IMG/VR virus record: IMGVR_UViG_3300032270_001445
Coordinates: 1-64,000 of that record
DNA length: 64,000 nucleotides
Reading direction: 5' to 3' (one strand)
DNA from: a virus
Lineage: Duplodnaviria; Caudoviricetes
Made by a program: the position numbers and the translations under genes
Shown here: positions 39,303-49,064 of the stretch, piece after piece
Position numbering within the stretch: position 1 is the first letter of the stretch
How the letters are laid out: each line of letters starts with the position of its first letter
Notes under the pieces: model-generated
Database searches by the model: none
The model's input: only the letters and a program-made list of their open reading frames with translations
What the model was told of the DNA's origin: nothing

Positions 39303-40168
39303 TTGAGGAGCGAAATCCTCAGCACATCAGCGTCAGCGAGCTAAGAGAGTTTCTCTCTTGCCCGTTGCGCTGGTGGTACAAGTATCGCCTCGGCATGTGG
39401 ACGAACCGCACTACGGCGTACTTTGCTCTTGGAACTTCCGTACACGCTGGTCTCCAGCGCTGGTACGAGCCCATCACTGGCGGTAAGCGCAACGGCGACC
39501 TTTCAATGGCCTACGACCACTACAGAAAGACGTGGGCGCTAGAGGCAGATAAGGTCGACTGGGGCGGAGAAAAGGAACGCGACTCAATGAGCGAGGGATT
39601 TGCTGGCGAGGAGATGCTTCGCGCAGCCATACTTGAAGGTGACGATTGGGAAGCCAAGCACGTTGAGCACACGCTGATGTCCGAGATCAAGCACTCCCGA
39701 CTGGGAAAGCTTCCGATCAAGCTCAAGACAAATCTTGACATGATCAACAAGGACCTCAATGTCGTGGAGCACAAGACGGCGCAGCGCAGGTGGGAAAAGG
39801 ATAGGGAGAATGGCGACATTCAGGCAACAGCCTACGTCAATGCCATTAGAGAGAACTACAGTCATGACCCTACGATCACATTCAACATCATTAGCAATTC
39901 AGCCAAGGGTGTGAACGTGGATCGCAGAGTGACAACAAGAACACAGGATCAGATTGACACAATGTATATTGGCGCGAGGTCGTTCCTTGACGCGATTGAG
40001 AAGGGTGCAATCTATCCAAACCCAACGGCCTTTGCGCACGCAACGTGCGAGTTTAAGACGTTGTGCAATAAGTTTGAGAGTCACCCGCAGCAGATTCCTG
40101 AAGACCGTAAGGAACTGTATAGAATGGTTCCAACATTGAAGAAAGGTCTTTGGCCTGACTGGGAATAA
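39299..40168 (+). CDS. PD-(D/E)XK (Cas4/RecB-like) exonuclease
   Basis: HISVSELREFLSCP, GTSVHAGL, NLDMI..VVEHKT, QATAY, C..C..C cluster. Confidence 0.85.
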   Translation: MIEERNPQHISVSELREFLSCPLRWWYKYRLGMWTNRTTAYFALGTSVHAGLQRWYEPITGGKRNGDLSMAYDHYRKTWALEADKVDWGGEKERDSMSEGFAGEEMLRAAILEGDDWEAKHVEHTLMSEIKHSRLGKLPIKLKTNLDMINKDLNVVEHKTAQRRWEKDRENGDIQATAYVNAIRENYSHDPTITFNIISNSAKGVNVDRRVTTRTQDQIDTMYIGARSFLDAIEKGAIYPNPTAFAHATCEFKTLCNKFESHPQQIPEDRKELYRMVPTLKKGLWPDWE

Positions 40169-40178
40169 GGAGGAGTCG

Positions 40179-40328
40179 ATGTACGATTGGGCGATGAAGT
40201 GCGCGGCATGCGAGAAGATCAACACCTCAGAATATTTTCCGAATGACACAGACATTTGTGTTGATTGTCAGGAGGAAATTATTCCAGACCAGTTGAAACT
40301 ACCACTTGGCGAAGGGGATCAGGGGTGA
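40179..40328 (+). CDS. 49-aa zinc-finger peptide
   Basis: Read manually after AAGGAGG: CAAC...CVDC. Confidence 0.55.
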   Translation: MYDWAMKCAACEKINTSEYFPNDTDICVDCQEEIIPDQLKLPLGEGDQG

Positions 40329-41014
40329 AGCCCCAGATCATTCCGATTGAGGAGCCAGCGGATCACCGAGTATATTGGAGATGCTACAGCGACCTACCGC
40401 GACACAAGAAGCTATGGCGCTTGCCCGACAACAACGCACGGTGGGCGTGGGTAGTTCTTCTCTGCTCGGCATCGGAAACAAACGGCGTGTTTGAATCAGA
40501 TCAGCATGTTGAGGGGCTCGTCGGAACGCAGAACGCAAAGTTCCTTCCGCACTTCCGAAGGGTCGGATTGATGGATGGTCTTGCTGTTCACGATTGGGAC
40601 GAGTGGCAGGAGCCAGCAGACGGCATGGCGCAGGCTCGCGCAAATCTTGCGGCGGCTGGAAGGGCGAGGCTTGACCGACTTGGATTGCGAGATGATCACG
40701 ACACACCAGTTGCCAGGAGCCTGAAGGAGTGGCTCTCATATGTCGTTGCTGGGCCGAACACGCAGGGAAGGCTCGGTGAGTTCTTTGGTGCGATGCTTGG
40801 GGTTGTGCCGCAACGAAGCGAATACAGCCGCATTGCAAAGTTGATGAAAGATTTCCCTGGAGGGATTCCAGCGCTCATGGCAGCAGTTTGCGACGCGGCA
40901 CTTAGGGACCTCAAGGGAGATCCGATCTCCTATTTGACGGCAATAAGCCAGAAGCGTAAGATAACTCCAGTCAGGCAAACATCAAGCGCCAGAGATGCGC
41001 ATTTGGAGGATTGA
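40325..41014 (+). CDS. putative replication initiator/replisome organiser
   Basis: Immediately upstream of DnaC-like ATPase; GTG start at 40325 overlapping upstream stop. Confidence 0.55.
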   Translation: MKPQIIPIEEPADHRVYWRCYSDLPRHKKLWRLPDNNARWAWVVLLCSASETNGVFESDQHVEGLVGTQNAKFLPHFRRVGLMDGLAVHDWDEWQEPADGMAQARANLAAAGRARLDRLGLRDDHDTPVARSLKEWLSYVVAGPNTQGRLGEFFGAMLGVVPQRSEYSRIAKLMKDFPGGIPALMAAVCDAALRDLKGDPISYLTAISQKRKITPVRQTSSARDAHLED

Positions 41015-41655
41015 TGACAGAAGTAGTGTACCTAGAAGATGTGCAGAATAAAACTGTGCCACCAAGCGACATCAAGGAAGCCCTGCGAAAGTCGGGAATC
41101 CCTGAACGTTATATGAACAGCACCTTTGCGCAGTTTGAGTCCCAGAAGGAATCAAAGACCGCACTGCAGGCTGCACAGGACTGGGCTGCTGAACCGCTGG
41201 GCGAGCGCGGACTCCTCTTTGTCGGTCCTCCTGGAACGGGAAAGACCCACCTCGCCGTCGCTGCGGTACGAGAGAAGGTTGCCCAGGGTCTCCTTGGCGC
41301 TCGTTTCATCAACGTCCCGTTGTTCCTTGATCGCATCCGATCATCCATGAAGTATAATGACGCAGAAGTAGTAGCCATGTTTGAATACTGCCTGGAAAAG
41401 GCTTCGGTCGTCATTCTTGATGATCTTGGCAAGGAGAAGGCCACGGACTGGGCGGCGGAGAGGCTCTACGTATTAGTGGAGAGTCGATATAGTGCGTGCA
41501 AAGCGACCATCGCAACGACGAACCGCGGACTTGACGAGCTCGACGCCCTTGGATATGGGGCTCTCGTCTCCCGCCTACAGCAGACCTGTCGCGCTGTCAA
41601 AGTGGGAGGGTCGGACCAGCGTATCCGACTTGGAAGGCTGGACCAGACCACTTGA
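41011..41655 (+). CDS. DnaC/IstB-like helicase loader ATPase
   Basis: GPPGTGKTHLA Walker A, VILDDLGKE Walker B, TIATTN. Confidence 0.9.
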   Translation: MMTEVVYLEDVQNKTVPPSDIKEALRKSGIPERYMNSTFAQFESQKESKTALQAAQDWAAEPLGERGLLFVGPPGTGKTHLAVAAVREKVAQGLLGARFINVPLFLDRIRSSMKYNDAEVVAMFEYCLEKASVVILDDLGKEKATDWAAERLYVLVESRYSACKATIATTNRGLDELDALGYGALVSRLQQTCRAVKVGGSDQRIRLGRLDQTT

Positions 41656-42007
41656 GATACGCCTGAACGGAAGACCCCCCTCGTGGAACAGGGCCTACCG
41701 TGTCGCAGGCAGGATTTTCTACATGACCAGGGAAGCCAAAGCGTGGAAGGAGGAAGTGACACGACAGACGATTGCTGCTATAGTGGCAAGGCCGGACTTT
41801 ATTCCGGTGGATAAGAAGCGTATTGTCATCGACATCTGGGCGCATTTAAATCGCCCAATGGACGCGGACAATTTGCTGAAGCTCACGCTCGATGCGATCG
41901 CGACGGGGCTTCAAGTGAACGATCGCTGGTTCATTCCACGTGTGTGGGAACTAGAGTTTGGGAACAAGGATGAGCATATCGTCCTCGCTCTCAGTCAGGA
42001 GTTGTAA
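41630..42007 (+). CDS. rusA: RusA-like Holliday junction resolvase
   Basis: PPSWNRAY...DADNLLKLTLDAI...NDR; start codon uncertain. Confidence 0.8.
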   Translation: MEGWTRPLEIRLNGRPPSWNRAYRVAGRIFYMTREAKAWKEEVTRQTIAAIVARPDFIPVDKKRIVIDIWAHLNRPMDADNLLKLTLDAIATGLQVNDRWFIPRVWELEFGNKDEHIVLALSQEL

Positions 42008-42385
42008 ATGGCTAAGGAGAGACTGGAGATCACGGGGCGACTCGGATCAAAGCCAGAGATGCGAAACACCAAGAACGGCAAGCAGGTGAGCTCTTTCAGC
42101 GTTGCTGTGAAGAACAAGCGCGCTGGCGAAGAGACTACCAACTGGTACGACATTTCAGTTTGGGAGAAGCAGGCGGAACTTGCCGTTCGCCTTCTCGACA
42201 AGGGCGACCTCGTGTGCGTTGCTGGAACGCCAAGCGTGAAGACATTCACGACGCGTACTGGCGAGCAGAAGTCGTCGATTCAGATTACCGCCCAGACGTT
42301 TGATCTCCTTGCAAAGGGCAAGAACGCAGTCGGCGCGGTAAAGGCAGAGCCAGAGGAGCCAGACTTCTCTGAGGTTCCGTTCTGA
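42008..42385 (+). CDS. ssb: single-stranded DNA-binding protein
   Basis: ITGRLGSKPEMR...WYDISVW...KGDLV.V.G, acidic DFSEVPF tail. Confidence 0.92.
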   Translation: MAKERLEITGRLGSKPEMRNTKNGKQVSSFSVAVKNKRAGEETTNWYDISVWEKQAELAVRLLDKGDLVCVAGTPSVKTFTTRTGEQKSSIQITAQTFDLLAKGKNAVGAVKAEPEEPDFSEVPF

Positions 42386-42486
42386 TGGAACTCGGCACGT
42401 TCTTTAGTTACGTGGCAGCAGTTGTTATCGGCTCCACGCTCACGCTGGCCCTCTGGACTCTTTGGTTCAGAATCGTCAATAGATAA
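42385..42486 (+). CDS. 33-aa membrane peptide
   Basis: Read manually, TGATG overlap with ssb stop; single hydrophobic helix. Confidence 0.45.
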   Translation: MELGTFFSYVAAVVIGSTLTLALWTLWFRIVNR

Positions 42487-42538
42487 CAATGTCACTTCTC
42501 CTTAGGAGACCCGTACCCAAGAGTTATCCTAGTGGCTC

Positions 42539-42877
42539 TTGGGTACGGGAACCAGTGATCCTCGCGCGAGGCTCAAGATGAAGCAGGGTCGTATGGTTAT
42601 AGCCATACAAGAAGACACTGTTCAGATTGTTCCTTTTTCTACTCTTCGTTATGATGGCACAAGCGAAAAAATTTTTTGTGGGAAGCTTGCGGTAGCGGCT
42701 AGTTTGGCTGTTAACCACATACGCCTGCTACCTGACCGCCGCTACAGGCAACTTATTGCCAGCAGATACGCCCCAGGATATTACCCAGAACTCTGGCAAC
42801 GCTGGGCGCTTGACGCATGGCATGTCAGTACGCCGATAGACGAACGGTCCCTTGCAAAGGTGAGGAAGATCAAGTGA
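42539..42877 (+). CDS. hypothetical protein
   Basis: ORF whose stop overlaps next start; true start may be near 42578. Confidence 0.45.
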   Translation: MGTGTSDPRARLKMKQGRMVIAIQEDTVQIVPFSTLRYDGTSEKIFCGKLAVAASLAVNHIRLLPDRRYRQLIASRYAPGYYPELWQRWALDAWHVSTPIDERSLAKVRKIK

Positions 42878-43179
42878 GGGGCAAAGAGATTACTGAGTTC
42901 CAGTACCGAGGAGAACCAGTCAAGCTCTACATGGACCGATACCCTAGTGGACAAGTTGCTATCATTGCCTACGGCGTCTATGGGGAGCCCTATGGGACCC
43001 TCAGCGTCAATCTTGACGACCTGCCACCGGGAGGATCGTTCTGGGTCAAGGGGTGGAATGAGAACGCAGAGTTTGCTGCGTGTGCATGGGGTAGTGGTGT
43101 TTTCGCCAAGGCAGGTACGACACGGATTCCGTCCCCTGGTGGGGTTATTACTGTAGAGGCTTGGTTTATCAAGCCATAA
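42874..43179 (+). CDS. DUF4313-like protein
   Basis: GEPYGTLSVNL...FWVKGWNEN pattern. Confidence 0.55.
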   Translation: MRGKEITEFQYRGEPVKLYMDRYPSGQVAIIAYGVYGEPYGTLSVNLDDLPPGGSFWVKGWNENAEFAACAWGSGVFAKAGTTRIPSPGGVITVEAWFIKP

Positions 43180-43188
43180 GGAGGGAAT

Positions 43189-43587
43189 GTGGACGAACAG
43201 ACAGTTATTACGAGACCAGTTATCGAACAGATCGACGATGTGCTTTACGCTGACGGTTGGGAGGACTGCCTTGTAGGCCATGGGAACATCTTCCACGGCT
43301 CGGATGGCCCACTCATTGTCGCCATTTATGATCGGAATAAGATCCTCAAGCGCATAATGGACGATGTCATTGAGACGTGCAATGCCAACAATCCTGGCGA
43401 TACGCACGAGAACTGCTTCCACTATGAGGAGGCAGACGAATATATCTCCTTCAATATGGAGGGTGCCTTCATCAAGCCAGGCATGCCGGTGTACGCTTCG
43501 TTTCAGGCGCACCCAGGCGTAGTCTCCGACTGGAGCATCGAGATTGAAGATGGTGGCATCTGTGCCCAGTGCAAGGAGAAGATTTAA
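43189..43587 (+). CDS. conserved phage hypothetical protein
   Basis: ADGWEDCLVG...YD...EEADEYISFN pattern. Confidence 0.55.
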   Translation: MDEQTVITRPVIEQIDDVLYADGWEDCLVGHGNIFHGSDGPLIVAIYDRNKILKRIMDDVIETCNANNPGDTHENCFHYEEADEYISFNMEGAFIKPGMPVYASFQAHPGVVSDWSIEIEDGGICAQCKEKI

Positions 43588-43967
43588 TGTGCCTCGCATG
43601 CGACAGCATGGACGCTCGTCTGCACCGCGAACTAGCCGATCTCCACGAGGAGCCAGCAGTACCGCAAGAGGAGATTGACGGACTCGTCAACCGCCTCAAC
43701 CGTATGGCTGGATTCCCTGATGGGCTCAAGGGAAAGACCACCCCTGGATTTTTCCGTCTTCTTTCTGACTACGGCGGAACAAGTCTTGTCCGCGTCGTCA
43801 ATGATGCTGGCGGAGTCCGCGCAGTCATGGGCGGGTACCATCCCGCCAAGAACTTTTACTCCGTGCTTCGTGGCTTTGTCATGGGGATGGATGAGTCTTC
43901 GCAGGGCCTAGACCATTATCAAGCCGTAGCAGACGGATATAAGGAACGCGGCTATTCCGCGTGGTAG
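43587..43967 (+). CDS. hypothetical protein
   Basis: TAATG overlap with upstream gene. Confidence 0.5.
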   Translation: MCLACDSMDARLHRELADLHEEPAVPQEEIDGLVNRLNRMAGFPDGLKGKTTPGFFRLLSDYGGTSLVRVVNDAGGVRAVMGGYHPAKNFYSVLRGFVMGMDESSQGLDHYQAVADGYKERGYSAW

Positions 43968-44407
43968 GAGGGGACATGATCACACAAGATTGTTGCATCT
44001 GTGCATGCGTTGGGTGTAGTGAGGGCAACTGCTGCGACCACAGCGCAGGGAACCGAGGGGATCTTCCTCTCAGTTTCAGCTCGTACCAGCGGGGGGCCTC
44101 CATCACCGCGCGCGGCAATATAACCCTCCCCGACGCCAAGGGTCGCGCTGCTATTGCAGCCATGGGCCTTGCCGGTGAGTCTGGCGAGCTTATTGACCAC
44201 CTCAAGAAGTGGGTCGGCCACGGGCACGATCTCGATCGCACCTACCTACTCATGGAGCTTGGTGATATCCTGTGGTATGTCGCAGAGATTGCGACGGTTG
44301 TTGGCATTGACCTTGGCGAGGTCGCCAGGGTGAATGAAAGAAAGTTGCGCATGCGGTACCCAGCGGGGTTCTCCGTAGAGCGCAGCGTCAATCGGGAGGA
44401 TGCATGA
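43961..44407 (+). CDS. MazG-like nucleoside triphosphate pyrophosphohydrolase
   Basis: GLAGESGEL..HLKK...ELGDILWYVA...N..KL..RYP.GF. Confidence 0.88.
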   Translation: MVGGDMITQDCCICACVGCSEGNCCDHSAGNRGDLPLSFSSYQRGASITARGNITLPDAKGRAAIAAMGLAGESGELIDHLKKWVGHGHDLDRTYLLMELGDILWYVAEIATVVGIDLGEVARVNERKLRMRYPAGFSVERSVNREDA

Positions 44408-44568
44408 AGAGCAAGAGACCAATCAAGTCCAAGGGCGATTCAAAGTTCATCTATACCGGTAAGCCAAGCGAACTTAACCGCAGCACATCGTCAGTGTACG
44501 CTGGCCTGGTCCTGGTTATCGGTGCGCTGCTGGTCCTCGCCGCAATTTATCGCGAATATTTCCGATAG
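44404..44568 (+). CDS. 54-aa single-TM protein
   Basis: Read manually; basic N-terminus then hydrophobic helix. Confidence 0.5.
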   Translation: MKSKRPIKSKGDSKFIYTGKPSELNRSTSSVYAGLVLVIGALLVLAAIYREYFR

Positions 44569-44579
44569 TAGGGGGTTGT

Positions 44580-44687
44580 ATGAAGAAAAACCAAGAATTT
44601 ACTTTGCGCAGTAGGCGTGATGCTCTGGTAATGCAGGTCATTAGCCTCGTATTGCTGGTGGTATTCCTAAAGGTTGTTGGCTTCTAA
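44580..44687 (+). CDS. 35-aa single-TM peptide
   Basis: Read manually; GGGGG RBS, TAATG overlap with next gene. Confidence 0.45.
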   Translation: MKKNQEFTLRSRRDALVMQVISLVLLVVFLKVVGF

Positions 44688-45427
44688 TGCCGCAGCCACT
44701 CGCAAATTTACCGCCGATTTCTTGCTATGTGAGGAAGGAGTATCTCCGCGACCTTCAGGATGGGCACGGCGAGTTCACTCCTGCCTACTGGGTGACCGTC
44801 AAGGCGCTCCGTCACCGTGCGCTGTATGTCGAGGCATTCTTGCCAGAGTACGGCGCGTTGTACGATAAGTTGCCTATCAGCGCGTTCACCACGAGACCGG
44901 AGACCCCAACGCCCGATCTTCCGCTGGGGACGCTCCAGTTGTGGGATGTTGGGACAAACGCGATCTCCGTTGTGGAGAAGGCGTTCCTCAAGGGGATGCA
45001 CTGCAAGTTCCGCGACCCAAAGGGTTCGTGGCACCGAGGCACCTACCTCTTTACGGTTGACTTGGTAGAGGGTGACCCGAACGAGCTTGATACCGGGTAT
45101 TCGAGACTACCGTCAGAGCACAAGTCGTACAATTTCATTAAGATGGATAACGGACAGTTTGGCGCGCAGCCGAACAATCGCATTCTTTGGGATGACGAAG
45201 CCCTTGTTCACAGAAATAAGAAGATTCCAGACTTCAGGGTCAGCACGATAGAGTTCTCAGCAGAGGGTGAGCGATTTGCCCCACTCGGTGACAGCGATAG
45301 CTGGACCTACGAGGAGCCAAAATTCATCACCAAGGCGGACGACGACGATGCCGCCGCAGAAGCAATGTTCACGAAGCCGATTAACCCAGACAATGTCACA
45401 AGCATGGCAAGAGATTTAAAGAAGTAG
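44687..45427 (+). CDS. conserved phage hypothetical protein
   Basis: 246-aa ORF in operon; no function recognised. Confidence 0.6.
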   Translation: MPQPLANLPPISCYVRKEYLRDLQDGHGEFTPAYWVTVKALRHRALYVEAFLPEYGALYDKLPISAFTTRPETPTPDLPLGTLQLWDVGTNAISVVEKAFLKGMHCKFRDPKGSWHRGTYLFTVDLVEGDPNELDTGYSRLPSEHKSYNFIKMDNGQFGAQPNNRILWDDEALVHRNKKIPDFRVSTIEFSAEGERFAPLGDSDSWTYEEPKFITKADDDDAAAEAMFTKPINPDNVTSMARDLKK

Positions 45428-45438
45428 GGGGTGTGTAA

Positions 45439-46239
45439 ATGGGGAAGAAGTCAAAGCAGGTAAAGAATCAGCAGGCGCCAAAGCTGCAGTCAAAGATCTC
45501 CATCTACGCGGGTGGACCGGTCGCACACGAGATCAATCCAAGAAACGCCACGGGCCTCATGGAGTTGCAACGAGACGCCGGTAGAAACGGCATCCCGTTT
45601 AAGTGGAAGATCATCCACGGATCATCAGTGCTCCCAGACGCCCGAAACATTGTCTGCAAGCAATTCCTGGAAAGCGGGTACAGCCACCTCTTCATGGTGG
45701 ACGCAGATATCGCCTTTTCTGGTTTTGATGTCTTGAGGGCTATCGCAACGGGTAAGGATATTGTCGGTCTGCCTTGTGCCAAGAGATCAGCAGACTTCGA
45801 GCTTGCCGTAGAGGTCATGAGGAAGTTCCCAGAAATACCAGCAAAAAACCTTGCTGCGTATATCGGCGGTGTCAACTTCATGCCGCTTGACGAGAACACA
45901 AAGCCAGACCTTGACATGACCCTCAAGGTGAAGCACATCGGCACTGGCGCCATGATCATCTCGAGAGAGTCGATGCTGAAGTTTGCCAAGGAGTACCCAG
46001 AGCGGTATTATCACAACACGATCACTGGTGATCGGCTCGTTGAATACTTCCGCTTCTGGACAAATCCGGAGACGAAGGAGCAGTGGGGCGAAGACTACGG
46101 TTTCTGCCAAGATATGCGAGGAATTGGCATTGACGTCCACGCACTCATCGACGCGAAGACCGTGCACTACGGTTCATTTGGATACGAGTGCGACTTCTCA
46201 AAGCTCGCATCTCATTATATAACGAAGGAGAAGGTATGA
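45439..46239 (+). CDS. GT-A fold glycosyltransferase-like protein
   Basis: ARNIVCKQFL...HLFMVDADIAF (DxD), GTGAMII, WGEDYGFC. Confidence 0.75.
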   Translation: MGKKSKQVKNQQAPKLQSKISIYAGGPVAHEINPRNATGLMELQRDAGRNGIPFKWKIIHGSSVLPDARNIVCKQFLESGYSHLFMVDADIAFSGFDVLRAIATGKDIVGLPCAKRSADFELAVEVMRKFPEIPAKNLAAYIGGVNFMPLDENTKPDLDMTLKVKHIGTGAMIISRESMLKFAKEYPERYYHNTITGDRLVEYFRFWTNPETKEQWGEDYGFCQDMRGIGIDVHALIDAKTVHYGSFGYECDFSKLASHYITKEKV

Positions 46240-46535
46240 GCGACTCAAAAGAGGATCTAAAGAAAATTGCCGAGGGCATCTCTGAGCAGCTATCAAAGTT
46301 GTCAGCGGAACTCCCAGACGGGGAGCGCCTCCATATGCTGGAGTTCCTCAGGGAAGCAAACGTGTGGTCTGCATCATCTCAGGTGTTTGACCCAAAGGCG
46401 GAAAACTATTTGAACAACCTGGAATATCTTGACGGTGTGGAGAAGCCAAAGGGTGATTGGGTCACCGTTGGGTACGCTGCAGGAGAGACCATTGCAGAGG
46501 CGATTGCCAACCTCGTCGTCAAGAGGAAGTCGTGA
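46236..46535 (+). CDS. hypothetical protein
   Basis: AAGGAG RBS; stop/start overlaps. Confidence 0.55.
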   Translation: MSDSKEDLKKIAEGISEQLSKLSAELPDGERLHMLEFLREANVWSASSQVFDPKAENYLNNLEYLDGVEKPKGDWVTVGYAAGETIAEAIANLVVKRKS

Positions 46536-46783
46536 GCGTCCCCTGGAGCAAGTACGCCTCCCTGACTCACGAAGAGGCAGAGTTGAGCCTGTCCAGCGGC
46601 GGCTACCTGCTGGCAGCAATCCATAGAGCCTTCGTGGACGGAGACTGGATGGCTGTCGCCTATGACAAGAAGGGCAGGAAGTACGCTGCAAAGGGCAGAA
46701 ATCCTCATGAGGCGGTCTGTAGGCTCGCGTGGGAGCTCATGATGCGGTCGTCCAATCAACAGGGCTCTACGGGCCGCAAATAG
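46532..46783 (+). CDS. hypothetical protein
   Basis: GTG start overlapping upstream stop; last gene before array. Confidence 0.5.
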   Translation: MSVPWSKYASLTHEEAELSLSSGGYLLAAIHRAFVDGDWMAVAYDKKGRKYAAKGRNPHEAVCRLAWELMMRSSNQQGSTGRK

Positions 46784-47015
46784 GCATTTCCGGGGCTTCT
46801 GCAACGCTCTCCGAGAGTGATTATCGAACCGCCAACCCCCACATTGTGAAAAAAAGGTAGGCGTCCCTAGCGCAGGTGGGGAGGGGGGGTCAAAGGGTAC
46901 ACGCGAGGGGTTAGACCCGCCCCTCCGGGGCTATCGGTCGTCCCAAGATGAGGCACGCTCTCGGCGTATTGTTCTTGTACGGGGGACTTCCCCGCGAAGT
47001 ACAGAGGAGGCAATC

Positions 47016-47309
47016 ATGGACACGATCGGTACAGCAATCAAGGCTCTCTTCGTGGGAGTCATCGCAGCCAATCTTCTCGCGTGGCAGCATCTCGTTCTTG
47101 GATTCGATAGCCGTTCTATTCAGATGGTGAACCCGATCGAGATCATCGTAGCGCTCCTCGCAGGAGTCACGGTGTTCCGAGCATTCTACGCATGGACGCA
47201 CGATACACTCTTCCCGGCGATGGACAGGGTATTCGAGAAGATCGACGCAATGCGAGAGAAGCGAAAGGCTCGCGTGACTTGCCCATGCGGCAGGCACCAC
47301 AGCGTCTAG
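47016..47309 (+). CDS. cassette gene: two-TM protein with C-terminal CPCGRHH
   Basis: GAGGAGG RBS; hydrophobic helices. Confidence 0.75.
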   Translation: MDTIGTAIKALFVGVIAANLLAWQHLVLGFDSRSIQMVNPIEIIVALLAGVTVFRAFYAWTHDTLFPAMDRVFEKIDAMREKRKARVTCPCGRHHSV

Positions 47310-47543
47310 CACAGCACCCCACTCACCGCGCGGCGGTGGGTGGGGTGTTCCAGTCCTCTTCTCTATCTCTCTCTGTTCGATCTCACACACACCTAAGATA
47401 ACTAACTAACACTAACTAACGTAACCTGACTAAGGTTCGATTCGGCGCTCCGCGCCTATCGGTGTCACCTGAACTATCTGTCGCTATGGGGCACTATGGA
47501 CTCACGGGGCAACCGCTCCGTAATAGTAGCAAGGGGGTACGCA

Positions 47544-47798
47544 ATGGTAGGAGCACTAGCAGGGTGGAGCACGCGACACGGCGTCGTGTCGCTCCACTAT
47601 GATATCCGAAACGGCGGCGGTTTCCCAGACACGCTGACGTTCGAGCTCGCACGAGTCAATGGCGAATTGGTCGCCAATATTCACAGCGGCGGCTATGCTG
47701 CTGCTAGTGATATCAACCTACGCGGTGCTGCTGCCGAGCAGCGCCTAGTAGACGCTGGTGTCTGGCTAGACTTCCCAGCGTATCTACGTCGAGCGTAG
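47544..47798 (+). CDS. cassette gene: hypothetical
   Basis: AAGGGGG RBS before ATG 47544. Confidence 0.7.
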   Translation: MVGALAGWSTRHGVVSLHYDIRNGGGFPDTLTFELARVNGELVANIHSGGYAAASDINLRGAAAEQRLVDAGVWLDFPAYLRRA

Positions 47799-48026
47799 TC
47801 AGCTCGCACGCTTCACCCCGCTCACCGCAATCGTGCGGTGGGCGGGGTGTTCGTTCTCTCATCTCTATCTCACTGCGTTCGATCTCGCCTGTCCCTAATA
47901 TAACTAACCGACTAACTAACGTTCGAGACGCCGCTCCGCGGCTATCGCTATCACCTGAACTACTCTGCTCTATTCCGTATTCTTTGTATGTGAGGCAACC
48001 GCTTCACAATAGTATGGAGGTCTGGT

Positions 48027-48314
48027 ATGTGGCATATCCCGGAGGAAGGGTGCAGACTCACGGTGAAGGGCGACGTCAATGACGTCATCACCGTGTCCTG
48101 CAATCTTGATGGTAAAGCAATGGATTATCATTGCGCCGTCACGCAGCGTGGTCTCTTGATGATGTTCGTCAAGGATCACGGTCATAGCACCGAGTACTAT
48201 GATGGTCGCAACGCTGTTGGGATTCTAAAGCAGGACCTAGTATGGGAAACGCTCCCAGACACGTTCCGCTCAATGGTCAATCTATCGGCGGCATCGCTGA
48301 CGAAGCGACGCTAG
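48027..48314 (+). CDS. cassette gene: hypothetical
   Basis: GGAGG RBS, fills unit between conserved modules. Confidence 0.75.
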   Translation: MWHIPEEGCRLTVKGDVNDVITVSCNLDGKAMDYHCAVTQRGLLMMFVKDHGHSTEYYDGRNAVGILKQDLVWETLPDTFRSMVNLSAASLTKRR

Positions 48315-48541
48315 TCCAGCCCCCCGCTCACCGCGAACGCGCGGTGGGCGGGGTGGTCAATCTCTACTCTCTATCTCACTCTGTTCGATCTCGGCAGTCC
48401 CTAATATAACTAACCGACTAACCATAAGGTTCGAGACGGCGCTCCGCGCCTATCGCCACCACAATGAATGAACTAGGCGATATGCGATTGTAGGTAGGCG
48501 ACGGACGCGTCGCGTAAGTAGTCATAGCAGAGGAGGTAAGT

Positions 48542-48829
48542 ATGAGTAAGCACTACGAGCCGCTTCGGTGGGAGGTGCGTATCGGCGCCGTCCTGAACGA
48601 AGCAGATAGCGATAGGGTATCGGACTGCATCGTCAGGATGCTGGAAGGTATCCGCAAGTCACGCCCTAGCACTTGGATGGAAGATATCCAAGGCGAGTAT
48701 GCATATACGCTGCTGAACGATGCACTTCGTCCAGCGGGGTATTGCACTACCGGACGCAACGAAGAGGACGCGTGGATGATCGGCAAGTTGCCGATGGATA
48801 GGTGGTCAGCGAACCTGCTGATCGTCTGA
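48542..48829 (+). CDS. cassette gene: hypothetical
   Basis: GAGGAGG RBS. Confidence 0.75.
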   Translation: MSKHYEPLRWEVRIGAVLNEADSDRVSDCIVRMLEGIRKSRPSTWMEDIQGEYAYTLLNDALRPAGYCTTGRNEEDAWMIGKLPMDRWSANLLIV

Positions 48830-49064
48830 TTCTACTTCCCCCAGTCGCGGACGCGCGGCTGGGGGAGTTAGGTTGTCTCTCTCTATCGAACTATGTTCGA
48901 TCTCGCAACTCCATAATATAACTAACCGACTAACCATAAGGTTCGAGACGGCGCTCCGCGCCTATCGGCACAACCTGAACTATCCCTCCCCATTGCGTAC
49001 TCTTCTTGTAGCGGGACGCCGCCGCGATGAATGCGACATCGCAATAGTATCAGCAGGAGGCTAT

